Assembly: GCA_964016885.1 (NCBI GenBank)
Contig: OZ024741.1
Coordinates: forward strand, 219,170,001 to 219,234,000
Reading direction: 5' to 3'
DNA length: 64,000 bases
Source of the DNA: Eledone cirrhosa
Taxonomy: Eukaryota
Shown here: positions 27,783 through 40,625 of the stretch, one piece after another
Layout of the letters: every line of letters starts with the position of its first letter
Numbering within the stretch: position 1 is the stretch's first letter
Notes under the pieces: generated by a model
Told to the model about the DNA's origin: nothing
What the model saw: only the letters and a program-made list of their open reading frames with translations
The model's database searches: none
Made by a program: the position numbers and the translations under genes

Positions 27783-29515
27783 TCATCATCATCATCATCA
27801 TCACCGTTTTACGTCCGTTCTTCCACGCTAGCATGGGTTAGACGGGTTGTCCTGTTGTGGGCAGTGTCTGGTCGGCTGACCATGCCTTGCTCATACAGGA
27901 ACTGATCTGGCTTGATTTCTACAGCTGGATGCCCTTCCTAACACCAACCTCATTTACAGTGAGTGCTGGGTGCTTTTTCGTGGCGCCTACACGTCCACTT
28001 TACAGTGTGGGCTGGGTGCTTTTTTGCCGTGGCACCTCCACGACCACCTTGCGGTGGGGGGGGGGGGGGGCATATTGTTTATATGCTTCAGCATGTACCC
28101 ATGGGAGGTCGGGTACCCTGTATTACTGCGTGACGCCAGAAGTCACGGTCGTGTGTCATTGACTTTGAGAGGTGTAGTTGGGTAAGGTCGGCTTTTATCA
28201 CCTCATCCCAAGTCATCTTGGGTCTCCCCACTCCGCGGTTTCCATCAACTTCTAGTGCTCTGCACCTTTTTATGCAGCTGTCATCCTTCATACGCATCAC
28301 ATGTCCATACCAGCGTAACCGCCTCTCCTGCACGCAGCATTTGATTCCTCTTATGCTCAGTCTCTCTCTCAATTCATTTATGCTTTGTCGTTCACGTATA
28401 TTACTGTTACACATCCATCGGAGCATGCAGGCTTCGTTTCTCTCTAATCTACGTAAGTCTTCCACCTTCAGCGCCCAGGTCTCACTACCATGCAACATCG
28501 CTGTTCGGATACACGCATCATACAGTCTGCCTTTCATTCTGAGGGAGAAGCCTTTTGCAGCTAGCAGTGGTAGTAGTTCCCTAAACTTCTTCCATCCCGT
28601 TCTTACCCTAGTTATTGTACTTTCTGAGCACCCACCTCCGTTGCTAATTCGGTCACCTAGGTAGCAGAAGCTGTCTACTGTTTCTACAGGGCCCGCCCAG
28701 AGATTGGTGGTACTTGTTTCCTGTGGCTGTTTGCTTGCTGTTTCAGCACAGCTGCTGCATGTGAATCCTACATTCTTAATTAAGCTTCCTGAGATCCCGC
28801 TACATCTCTTGTGTACCCATTGTTTGCATTTGGGGCAAAGAATGGAGTTCCTACCTACACCTTTCCTACATACTGAGCAAGGCCATTTCCCTGAGGGGAT
28901 CTGGGTTCTGTTTTCTCGTCTACTTATAAGGACCTTAGTCTTTGTCATGTTGACTTTGAGGCCCTTTCTCTCTAGTCCCTGCTTCCAGGTTTGGAATTTA
29001 TTCTCTAGTTCTACCATAGATTCAGCTATGAGTGCGAGGTCATCAGCATACAGGAGTTCCCATGGGCATCCGGTCTTAAACTCCTCCGTTATTGCCTGCA
29101 GGACTATGATGAACAGGAGAGGGCTAAGAACAGAGCCCTGGTGGACCCCAACCTGTACGCTAAATTCCTCGCTATACTCATTGCCAATCCTAACTTTGCT
29201 GACTGCTCCCCTATACATGGCTTGTACCGCTTTCACAAGCCATTCATCTACTCCTAGTTTTCTAAGAGCCCACCAGATTACTGCATGTGGAACTCTGTCA
29301 AAGGCTTTCTCAAGGTCGACAAATGCCAAGTAGAGTGGCTTACTTTTAGCTAGGTACTTTTCCTGTAATTGCCTCACAAGGAAGAGCGCATCAGTGGTGC
29401 CTTTCCCTGGAACAAACCCAAATTGCATCTCGTCTATATTCACCCGGTCCCTAATCAGCTGTGCTATAACTCTTTCTGTTACTTTCATGACCTGGTCCAT
29501 CAACTTTATACCTCT
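27783..29515 (-). mobile_element. Young 5'-truncated RTE-type LINE with uninterrupted RT ORF and PHD-like finger
   Basis: ORF 28088-29533 (481 aa) without stops: RGIKLM..QFGF..FVDLEKAFDRV..GVHQGSVLSPLLF..YADD..C4HC3..FCYLGD..WYGHV; 3' UTR and (TGA)n tail. Confidence 0.95.
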
Positions 29516-29772
29516 TTTATATGTGTCCATCAACTTTATACCTCGTTTATATGTGTGTATATATGTATGTATGTATGTGTGTGTGTATGCATATATGTAT
29601 GTATGTATGTGTGCATGTATGTTTGTATGTGTCTATGTGTGTATGTGTGTGTTTATGTATGTAATGTCTGTATGTATGTGTCTATGTATGTATGTATGTG
29701 CGTATGTATGTATGTATGTAAGTGTCTATGTGTGTATGTATGTTTTTATGTATGTGTCTATGTATGTATGTA

Positions 29773-32700
29773 TGTCAGGTCACCAGTTGGTGCTACTGGT
29801 AACATGTATCCCAGTACAACCTGTCCCATGGTCGGGTCGTTGGCGACTAAACTGGCAACCCCACCAAGGTTTCTTGGTGAGGAGGGTGACTTTGGACATC
29901 CTGCAGGACTAAAAACAAAACCTGTCAAAGGGCAAAGGAGCTCTTAAGAGTCGATGGCCATCCAAAATCACCGGGAGAGATGACCCCTTAGCCTTTGTCA
30001 AGGCAGAATTCTAGGAGAAGGAAAACTCTGATATAACACCTGCAACCCTGATGGTATCCAATGATGTTGACTTGTTCTTCTTTTTGGTAAATATCATCTT
30101 GGTTAAGAGAGTGGGACTGGCTTTGTGCAGTGCCTTTGCTCACTATAAAAGCTTCACGGCACAGGCATTGCTTTATATCTGGAGATCTCTCTGCACTTGT
30201 CATCTTGATGTGGAACTCTGGCTGGCCGTAGCCTAAAAAGGCAAACTACATTACAATGAAGGTACCTAACACAATTGAAGTAAATGGCAATAAGGGCTCT
30301 GGATCAGCATCATGTGAAAGGATCTGGCCCGGGATGTGTCCCAGGGCGTCGCAGTCTGGGCCCGGTCGTCATCGGTCTACTGTGTGCAAACCACTCAATT
30401 TTGGGTGCTGGAATGTGCGTACTTTGCTTGATGTTGAAACAAATGTACAGCGACCTGAAAGAAGATCGGCATTGGTTGCCAAGGAGCTCAGGCGTTATGA
30501 TATGGATGTTGTGATCCTCTCGGAAACTCGATTTCATGGTGAGGGCCATTTCACAGAGAAATCCGGTGGATATAAGTTTTTCTGGAGGGGAAGGAAGGAG
30601 GGGAGGAGGGAAGCTGGTGTCGCTTTTGCCATAAAAACAGTTATAACAGACCATCTTCAGGAGCTGCCGACAGGTGTTAGTGACAGACTGATCACTGTGA
30701 GAGTTCCTCTAGAGGGTGGAAGATATGCAACCGTGATTGGTGCTTATGCACCAACTATGGAATGCATTGATGAAGCAAAGCAGGCTTTTTATGACGAATT
30801 AAGGTCTCTTGTTTGGAAAGTGCCTGCAGCAGACATAATTTTCATTCTTGGAGATTTTAATACTCGCGTGGGCCATGATTGTGAGACTTGGAGAGCTCTG
30901 GTCAAGCATGGGGTCAGACAGTGCAAATGTGCACTGAGCTGGACTTGTTCATTGGCAGCACTATGTTCCAACAGAAGGACAAATACAAGACAACATGGAT
31001 GCATCCTGGATCAAAACAGTGGCACCTGATTGATTGTGTCCTTGTGAGGCGGCGGGATGTACAGGATCTGTGCAGTGTTCGTGTGATGCCTGGGGCAGAG
31101 TCTTGGACCGACCATCATCTGGTGAGAGCAAGACCAAGATGTGTAGTCCGTAAAAGGGAGAAACGGTGAGGGGTATCACTTCCGAAATGGCTGAACGTTG
31201 CCCGTCTGAAGGATCCTGAAGTCAGAGAAAATCTGGTTAAAAAGAGGATGCGTTAGAGTGCGGAAACGACTGGACTTCCTTTAAGGAGGCAGTTTATGGG
31301 GCATGTGCTGATGTTGGATTCACAGATAAGAAGCATCAGGATTGGTTTGACCAAAATGACAAGCTTATAGACAAGCTTTTGGAGGAGAAACATATGCTCC
31401 ACTCCGCATTGCTTGGTAGTGATTTAAGCACCGATCGGCAGAAGGCAATCGCTGATAAGCTGAAGCTCGTAAAAACTGATGTGAAACGAAAATTGTGTGA
31501 AATGAAGAATAAGTGGTGGAATGACAAAGCCGATGAAATACAACTTGCGTCGGATGTGAAGGACGTTAAGGCAATGTATAATCTTCTTCGTGAAGTGTAT
31601 GGACCACCTATATCACCAGTTGCGCCTCTTAGGACAAAGGATGGCAATCAGCTCCTTAGAGATCCCAATGATATCCTGTTGAGATGGCAGGAACACTTTG
31701 ACAAGCTTCTCAATAGGGATTCAGAGGTTGACGAAGAGTTTATCAGGTCCATACCTGATAAGTCAGTAAAGGAAATCCTTGCTGAGCCTCCAACGATCGA
31801 GGAGGTTAAAAGTGCTGTCTGGAAACTCAATGGTGGGAAGTCGCCTGGATTGGATGAGCTGTCTGCTGAGATCTTGAAGCACGGTGGAGAGAATCTCTTG
31901 CACCGACTTCATTCTTTGGTTCTGAATGCCTGGAACAACAATCATATTCCCGATGACTGGAAGGATGCTGTGATGGTTGTTTTGTACAAGGGAAAGGGAG
32001 ACAGGGATGACTGTGGAAACTATCGTGGAATATCACTGTTGTCTGTTGTCGGCAAAGTTCTCTGTAGAATTCTGTTGGACCGTTTATTGCTCCACATTGC
32101 TGATGAAGCTCTACCAGAGTCGCAATCGGGCTTTCGGACTGGGCGTGGCACTGTAGACATGATCTTTACAGCCAGACAACTGCAGGAAAAGTGTGTTGAG
32201 CAGAATGTGGATCTCTACCAGGTGTTTGTTGATCTGCCAAAGGCGTTTGACACGGTCAACAGAAATCCTTTATGGGATATCTTGAGGAAGCTGGGGTGCT
32301 CTGAGAAGTTCGTTCCCATTTTGCGTTTGTTCCATGATGACATGAAGGCATGGGTAAATGTTGGTGGAAAGCTCTCTGAGCCGGTGACGGTCGAGAATGG
32401 AGTCAAACAGGGTGACATTCCAGCTCCAACGCTCTTTGCTTTGTACTTCTCCATTGTCTTCGAACAGGCCTTCAGGAACTGCAATCATGGTATATATGTT
32501 CGCTATCGATCAACTGGAAAGCTGTTTAATATCAAGAGGTTCAATGCTAAGTCAAAGGTTCACTTGTCACTAATCAGGGATTTGCTTTATGCAGATGACT
32601 GACCTGGTAGCGCACACTGAGATTGATATGCAGCATCTCATGGATGCATTTTCTAATGTGTGTACTGCATTGGGACTTACCATAAGCCTGAAAAAGACAG

Positions 32701-33825
32701 TGGCCATGTACCAACCAGCCCCTGGGAAGCCATGTTGTGAGCCCAACATCTTGGTTTATGGTGAACGGCTAAGGGTCGTTGGCAGTTTTGTATATCTTGG
32801 AAGCGCTCTGAGTATGTCCTGCGATCTTGATGGGGAAATATCAAACAGGATACAGAAAGCCAGTGATGCTTTTGGAAAACTGAACAAGCGTCTCTGGTCT
32901 CAACACGGAATTTCGGTAAAGACAAAGCTCAAAGTGTATCATGCGTGTGTGCTCGCAGCACTTCTTTATGCTTGTGAGACGTGGGTGGTCTACCGTAGAC
33001 AGATGAAGCGACTTGAGAGGTTCCACCAGTACTGCTTACGTCGTATCCTCGGCATAACTTGGCAAATGTTTGTCAGTGACGTCGAGGTTCTGGACAGAAG
33101 TGGCTGTGATAGTGTCGAGTCCTTGATTTTGAAACATCAGCAGCGCTGGAGAGAGCATCTCGTAAGGATGAATGACAAGCGAATGCCGAAGCAGCTGCTT
33201 TATGGTGAGCTCCAAATGGGAAAAAGAAACGCGAGCATACCCAAGATGCATTTTAAGGACTGCATCAAGGGGGCGCTCAAGAAAAGTAATATCCCTTGTG
33301 AGCACTGGGAAGCATGCGCTAGCGACCGATCGCAGTGGAGGTAAGCAGTGGTTAGTGGCAAGAGTCTATTTGAGGAAACAAGAAGAAGGCATGCGACACT
33401 AAAAAGAGATGTCCGGAAAGGAATCCATGTTGGCCTTCCCGAAGGCAATGACGGACGGCCTGACCTGACATGTGAGACCTGTAATAGGGTTTGTCTGAGC
33501 ATGGCAGGTCTAAAGAGTCACCTGAGGGTGCACAAGAACAGGGAAGCAGGCACCTGTGGAGCTATAAGTGTTCATCAAACGACGACATGTGATGTTTGTG
33601 GAAGGGTATGCAGGTCGAGTAGTGATCTCACACAACACCTTGGGTCACATGGTGCCATGGGCCCAGCACTAGGTGTCAATAATTGTCACAAGTGTAGTGT
33701 TTGTACCAGAGTTTTCAAGTCGCTGGCTGGACTAAAAAACCACACTTGTTCAGCGCATCGGTAGGGGTTCTCCTACATGGATATAAAGTAGTGGCCGTAC
33801 TCGCAAACGAGTTGGCAGCCACCAT
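29773..33825 (+). mobile_element. Near full-length RTE (BovB-like) LINE: 5' UTR, APE, RT, three C2H2 fingers; frameshifted
   Basis: WNVRTL..LSETR..YAPT..GDFN..DH (APE); YRGISLLS..QSGFR..KAFDTV..GVKQG..YADD (RT); CETC..H..H, CDVC..H..H, CSVC..H..H; flanked by (TATG)n. Confidence 0.95.
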
Positions 33826-33921
33826 GTATGTATGTGTCTATGTATGTATGTATGTATGTATGTATGTATGTATGTATGTATGTATGTATGTGTCTATGTA
33901 TTTATGTATGTAGGTATGTAT

Positions 33922-34717
33922 GTTCTTCTGGTTTTATAATTTCACAAATTTTTTCCCAATAAAGAGAGAGTCGGTTTCTAACATAGACACAAGACTCTCT
34001 CATTGGAATTTACATAACATCAACTAGGTAGATATGTATGCATGTGTAGATATGGATGTTATTGTATGTGTGGATGTGTATGTTTTGAGTTGTATGTGTG
34101 CATGTGTATATGCTTTGTATCTGTACATGTGTATATGCAGTTATTAGATGCAAAATGTTTGGAATGTTTTACATATTTTTACTGTTCCATTAATGGATTG
34201 TACTTGTAATTTCCTAACTAGTTGTGTTCTTTCTGTTCCTGTGAAGCCTAGCTTCTCAAGATTTGTATTGAGGCAGTTACTAACATACCCAAGTGCTCCT
34301 ATAATCACAGGCATAAATCTGAAGGTGTAATCAGGGTGGAGTATCTGCAGATTTCTCATTAGTTCTCCATAAATATTCTCCTTTTCGCTAATCTTTGATA
34401 TTATATTGGCATCTGCTGGGCAGCTAATTTCCACTACTCTGCATGCTTTCTTTTCCCTGTCCCATATCATAATATCTGGTCTGTTATGCCTGCATTTTAT
34501 TGGGGGTTTTTACTGGAACATTCCACCAGTACTCTTTCATATTATGTACATGGATGTCTTCCACATTGCTGTAGCTTTTAATGTGTTTATTATCGGGCCT
34601 ATCTTTTTTACGAACTGCATTGTACAGTGTTTTGGTCACTATCATGCCTCATAGGTAGATAGTACCGCGATGACATCTTTGGACAGCTGCTGATGACATT
34701 GGTGATATCCTCGATGT
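33922..34717 (-). mobile_element. R4/NeSL-like non-LTR fragment (restriction-like endonuclease + 3' UTR)
   Basis: SSCPKM..YLPMRHD..HNRPDIMIWD..VVEISCP..K..Y..PVIIGALG; 3' UTR hairpin at 33956-34006; ends in (CATA)n. Confidence 0.85.
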
Positions 34718-34879
34718 TATGTATGTATGTATGTGTGTATGTATGTATGTGTGTGTGTGTGTAAGTGAGTAGAGTAGCGTGTGTGTGTTTGTTTGTATGT
34801 ATGAGTGTTGCTGTGCGCGCGTGTGTGTATGTCGTACGTATAAGTGTCAATAAGTGATTTTTTTTTTTTTTTTTTTTTT

Positions 34880-37800
34880 GCGCGGGGACATAGAAATAAT
34901 CGGGCTGGATGCCCGATCGCGCAGTTAAACCACTGGGAGTGAAGAACCCCTAGCCCTTGTCAGGGCATTCTTCTAGGAGAAGGCATCTCAGGAAACTGGG
35001 TTAACTCCGACATAAAACCTGCGGCTCAGTAGTTACCGATGATGTTGATCTTTTCTTCTTTTCGGGTTATAGCTACTGTCGCTCAGAGAGTGGGATTGGC
35101 TCAGTGCACAGTCTTTCCTCACTTTAAAAACATTCGTCACGCACAGGCATTGCACGAGTGCATTAATAATTATTAATAGTGTACTATTATTATTATTATT
35201 ATTATTATTACTATTATTATTACCTTTTTTTTTTTTTTTTTTTTTTTTCCAATTCAATGTTGTCCCAGAACAATATAAAAGAGATAATTGGCAATTTAGG
35301 TTCTGGAACAAAAAAGATCATTGGCAATAAGGGCAGGGGGCCCAGGTTATCACAGCCTGGCCCCGCTCGTCATCGTGCCATTGTAATAGAGCCAAACAAG
35401 GCATTTAGTCTTGGCTGCTGGAACGTACGGACGCTGCTTGACAGGGATTCCTTGGAGCGTCCTGAACGAAGGACCGCTCTTGTTGCAAAGGAGCTTCGAC
35501 GTTACGATCTTGACATCGTGGCTTTATCTTAGATGAGGTTAGCTGGAGATGGTCATCTTACGGAATTTTGTGGAGAATATACATTCTTCTGGAAAGGAAG
35601 AGATGAAGGAACCAGAAGAGAGGCTGGGGTGGGATTTGCTGTTAAGACTGTACTTGTGAACAAATTAGAAGAATTCCCAGTAGGGATTAGTGAGCGTCTT
35701 ATGTCCATGAGAGTTCCGCTGGCCAAGGGAAGATATGCTACCCTGGTGAGTATGTATGCTCCAACTATGAGTTCTGTCGATGAGGAAAAGGTGTCCTTTT
35801 ACCATGCCTTGAAAGGTGTTTTAAGAAATATCCCTCAGGCAGACAAAGTCATCGTGCTTGGTGACTTTAATGCTAGAGTGGGTAGGGATTTTAACACATG
35901 GAATGTAATCGGAAGGCATGGGGTGGGAAAGTGTAACAGCAATGGTATGCTCCTGCTGCAGATGTGTGAGGAGCTGGATCTGTGTGTTACCAACACCATC
36001 TTCCAACAACAGAACAAATTCAAGACCACATGGATGCATCCTGCATCTAAGGAATGGCATCTTTTGGACTATGTCCTAGTCAGGATGCGTGACAGACAGG
36101 ATGTGCGGTGTGTTCGTGTTCTTCGTGGAGCTTAGTGCTGGACGGACCACCGCCTGGTATGCACAAAAGTGAAACTAATCACTAAACGTAAAATCCGGGC
36201 TCCTGGTGTTGCCCTGCCCAAAAGATTGAATGCTGCTCGTCTTAAGGATAAAAGTGTGAAGAGGACATTGGAAGAAGAGATGCAGGCTGCAGATCTTGGT
36301 GAGGATTGGCCGACCTTTAAAAAGTCGGTTTATGATGTAGGCAGGCGTGTTCTGGGATTGGCACAGAGGAAACATCAGGACTGGTTTAATGAGAATGATG
36401 TACATATAGAAGACTTGTTGGCTGATAAGAGGCATGCTCTGTCACGCTACTTGACGGCAAAACCACAGGAGAGGAATACGTTGCATGAGGAACTCAGGGA
36501 TGTAAAATCACGTGATAGGCAGAGTCTTTCTCAGATGAAGGATCAGTGATGGAGTGAGAAGGCTGGTGAGATACAAACTGTGTCTGATTCCAATAACACA
36601 AAGCTGTTGTACAGTCTCTTGCGTGAGGTTTATGGACTGTCTTCTTCTCTGGTGACACCGCTTCGCAGCAGGGATGGCAAAGAACTTCTTCGTGACTCAC
36701 AAGGAATTCTACGAAGGTGGCGAGAGCACTTTGATGATCTTTTGAATCAGCCGTCTGTCGTCAGTGAAGATTTCCTCAATCTCATTCCAGAAAGTCCTGT
36801 GAAAGTAGCTCTCGCAGAACCTCCAACGCTTGTGGAGGTTGCAGTGGCTATTTCGAAGCTGAACAGTGGAAGATCTCCAGGTATGGATGGCATACATGCT
36901 GAGCTCCTACAATATGGTGGTGAGAGACTCCTGCAACATCTTCACTCTTTGTTTGGCAGGATATGGGCTAATGAATCCGTACCTGAGGACTGGAGAGATG
37001 CAGTAATGGTGGTCTTGTACAAGGGAAAGGGTAACAGGAACGATTGTGGGAACTATAGAGGTATATCATCGCTTTCTGTCGTAGGGAAAGTTTTATGTAG
37101 GGTGCTTCTGGACTGTCTGCTGACACACATTGCAGATTGTGTTCTTCCTGAAAGTCAATCTGGTTTTCGTGCTGGACGCGGCACTACTGATATGATCTTC
37201 TCAGCTAGACAGCTCCAGCAGAAGTGCATGGAACAAGGCTTGGATCTGTATCAGGTTTTTGTCGATCTGACAAAAGCTTTCGATACTGTTAACAGAGATG
37301 CATTATGGAAGGTTCTCCAGAAACTTGGTTGCCCTGATAAGTTCCTTGCTTTAGTTAGGTCTTTCCATGACGACATGAAGGCTTGGGTTAATGTCGGGGG
37401 TAACATGTCGGAGCCTATCTCAGTAAAAAATGGAGTGAAATAGGGGGATATTCCAGCACCGACCCTGTTTGCCATTTACTTTGCAATGGTTTTCTGTATT
37501 GCATTCAGGAATTGCGAGCATGGTGTTTACATCCGATATCGAACCTCAGGCAGCATATTTAACATCAGGCGCTTTGCTGCGAAGACAAAAGTATTTACAT
37601 CAATCATAAGAGACCTCTTGTATGCAGATGATTGCAATCTTGTAGCGCACACAGAGAGTGATATGCAGCACATTTTGAATGCATTTTCTGACGCTTGCAC
37701 TGTCCTAGGTCTGACTGTCAGTCTCAAGAAAACCGTCGTCATGTACCAACCTGCCCCTGGTAAGCAGTACACTGAACCAAACATCTATGTGTATGGCAAA

Positions 37801-39105
37801 CGACTTGGAGTGGTTGATCAGTTTGTCTACCTGGGAAGCACTGTCAATCGATACAGCAACCTTGACAGTGAAATCTCACTTAGGATTAGGAAAGCAAGTG
37901 ATGCTTTCGGAAAGCTAGACAGGCGACTCTGGGGTCGGCGAGACATATGCAGGAGGACAAAGGTAAAGGTGTACAGGGCATGTGTGCTCTCTTGTCTTCT
38001 TTATGCCTGCGAGACCTGGGTCACATATCGACACCACCTTAAGCAATTGGAGCGTTTCCATCAGATGTGTCTCAGACAGATCCATGGCGTTCACTGGAGG
38101 GACCACATCAGTGATGTCGAGATTTTGGAAAGCTCTATGTGTGACAGTATAGAAGCTCTTGTGCTTAAGCAACGACTCCGTTGGAGTGGTCACCTTGCCA
38201 GGATGAAGGATTCTAGAATACCAAAACAACTCTTTTATGGAGAGTTGGTTAAAGGAAAACGACCGCCACATAAACCAAAAAAGAGGTATAAGGATTCCTT
38301 GAAAGCCTCTCTGAAAGACGCTAATATCTCTGCTGATACATGGGAGAATATTGCTGCTGATTGTAATAAATGGAGAAAGACTGTATATGAGGGAAAAGTT
38401 GCTTTTGAGGCATCTCGAATCGCATACAAGAAAGTAAAGCGGGATGTGCGGAAGGGTATTGCTGTTGCACTTCCAGACGGCGAGGGTCCTCCTATGGTGC
38501 TGACATGCAGCGTATGTGCGAGACTCTGCCTAAGCAAAGCTGGACTCGAAAGTCATCTTCGCAGTCATAATGTAAGACCAGTGGTTGACTACCAGGCTGC
38601 TGTTGGAGATGCTACTCATCATGCTTGCCAAACATGTGGTAGAGAATGTAAATCAGCAGAAGGGCTCAAGCGACATGCAAAAGTACACAAACTCCAACCA
38701 CAGCCGACTATTCCCAGTAAATGTTTTGGATGCCGACTCTGTGCAAGACATTTTAGATCATTGGCTGGGCTAAAAAGCCACGTTCGATCGCAGCGCTGTT
38801 AGTTGCTATCGTGTGTGTGTGTGTGTGTAGATATGCTTATGTGTGTGCGTGTGTGTGTATATATATATGTATATGTATATTATTATTGTTGTTGTCGTTG
38901 TTATTATTGTGGTTATTATTATTATTATTATTATTGTTATTAATGTATGTGTGTGTGTATATGTGTGTGTGAGTGTGTGTGAGTGTGTGCGTGTATATAT
39001 GTATGTATATGTATATATATATATATATATATATTTCTTTTTTTTTTTTTTTCTTTCTCCTCGTGCAATGGCCATACTCGATAACGAGGGGGCAGCCATC
39101 ATCAT
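34880..39105 (+). mobile_element. Second near full-length RTE LINE: APE, RT, three C2H2 fingers; one frame with four nonsense codons
   Basis: ORF pieces starting 35179, 35533, 36169, 36580 and 37486 share one frame to 38802; 5' UTR resembles 29985-30170; 3' end ctcg..cgag..ggcagccatcat shared with the first copy. Confidence 0.95.
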
Positions 39106-39325
39106 GTATGTATGTGTGTGTCTATGTATGTATGTATATATGTATGTGTCTATGTATGTATGTATGTGTGTGTCTATGTATGTATGTGTGTATGTGTGTA
39201 TGTGTGTATGTATGTGTGTATGAATGTATGTATGTATGTGTGTAGAGTCTGCTATGTAAAGACTGGGAAGACCACAAATCAGAGTAGTACTGGATGCCTG
39301 ATGAAGAATGGGTGTATTAATGAGT

Positions 39326-39698
<373 letters not shown>

Positions 39699-40204
39699 AA
39701 TTTAGTACAGCATCAACGAAGCCATGGTTGCAGCCAAGCTAACGAATGTAGTTTCTGTGTGCAGCTAAGCACTCAATAGGGTATATAACCCTAGAGTTAT
39801 AACATTACGTTTAGACAGCTTTGCAAATTGAAGACAGCGACCGATAGAAGAGCCACAGTGACCATAGCGATGAAAAAGACTGAGCTCAGGAAAATTTTTT
39901 TATATATATACCCACACGAAGTGGTCTTTAACTGATTTATGAAAGTGTGCACTCTGGTCAGCTGGGTTCGAATTTTGATAATATGAACTTAGTTGATCTT
40001 TGAGTGAGGAAATAGCTGAAGCTATGTCAGTTTTATTTGACTTTCTTTTTCTCCTATTTATATACATATATATATATATAGGCCCTCACACAAGCACCTT
40101 TTTGTCATATCATATGTGAAGTCCGGCATCCTGAGATCTAATCACACCACTTTCTACACTTTTTTTAATTGAGCCATCAAAGGTGTCTCTGCATGATTGT
40201 CCTA

Positions 40205-40497
40205 ATCCTGCGTTCACTCTGATCCTACTCACAACTTGCTCCAACACTCACCTTCATCCAACACTCACCTTCATTCAACATTCATCTTCATCCTACACTC
40301 ATCTTGGTGCTACACTCATTTTGATTCTACACTCACTTTGATCCTACACTCACCTTGATCCAACACCCACTTTAATCCTACACTCATCTTTAATCCTACA
40401 CTCATCTTTAATCCTACTCTCACTTTGATCCTATATTCATCTTGATCCCACACTCATCTTGATCCTACACTCATTTTGATCCTACATTCATCTTGAT
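40205..40497. repeat. 17-18-bp minisatellite
   Basis: Unit cactcatcttgatccta, roughly 15 degenerate copies. Confidence 0.85.
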
Positions 40498-40625
40498 AAT
40501 AAACTCTTTTATAACTGGAGATGTTTCCTATTATCAAACATAAGGATGTAGCATATCATCTGTAGACAGTCTGTGGAGTTTTGATAAGAAAGGGGATGCA
40601 TTTAAACAGGTTTACTTTATTATTA

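Noticed and set aside
29773-29900. Canonical HDV-like or twister ribozyme call
   Set aside because: The required nested pseudoknot or P1/P2 pairings could not be assembled by eye; kept only as an unclassified structured leader.
33348-33764. Stand-alone host C2H2 zinc-finger gene
   Set aside because: In frame with RTE ORF2 across one stop codon; fused to RT in the second element.
39910-39960. Possible hammerhead 3' half (GAAAGTGTGCACTC)
   Set aside because: No CUGANGA core upstream and no convincing stem II.
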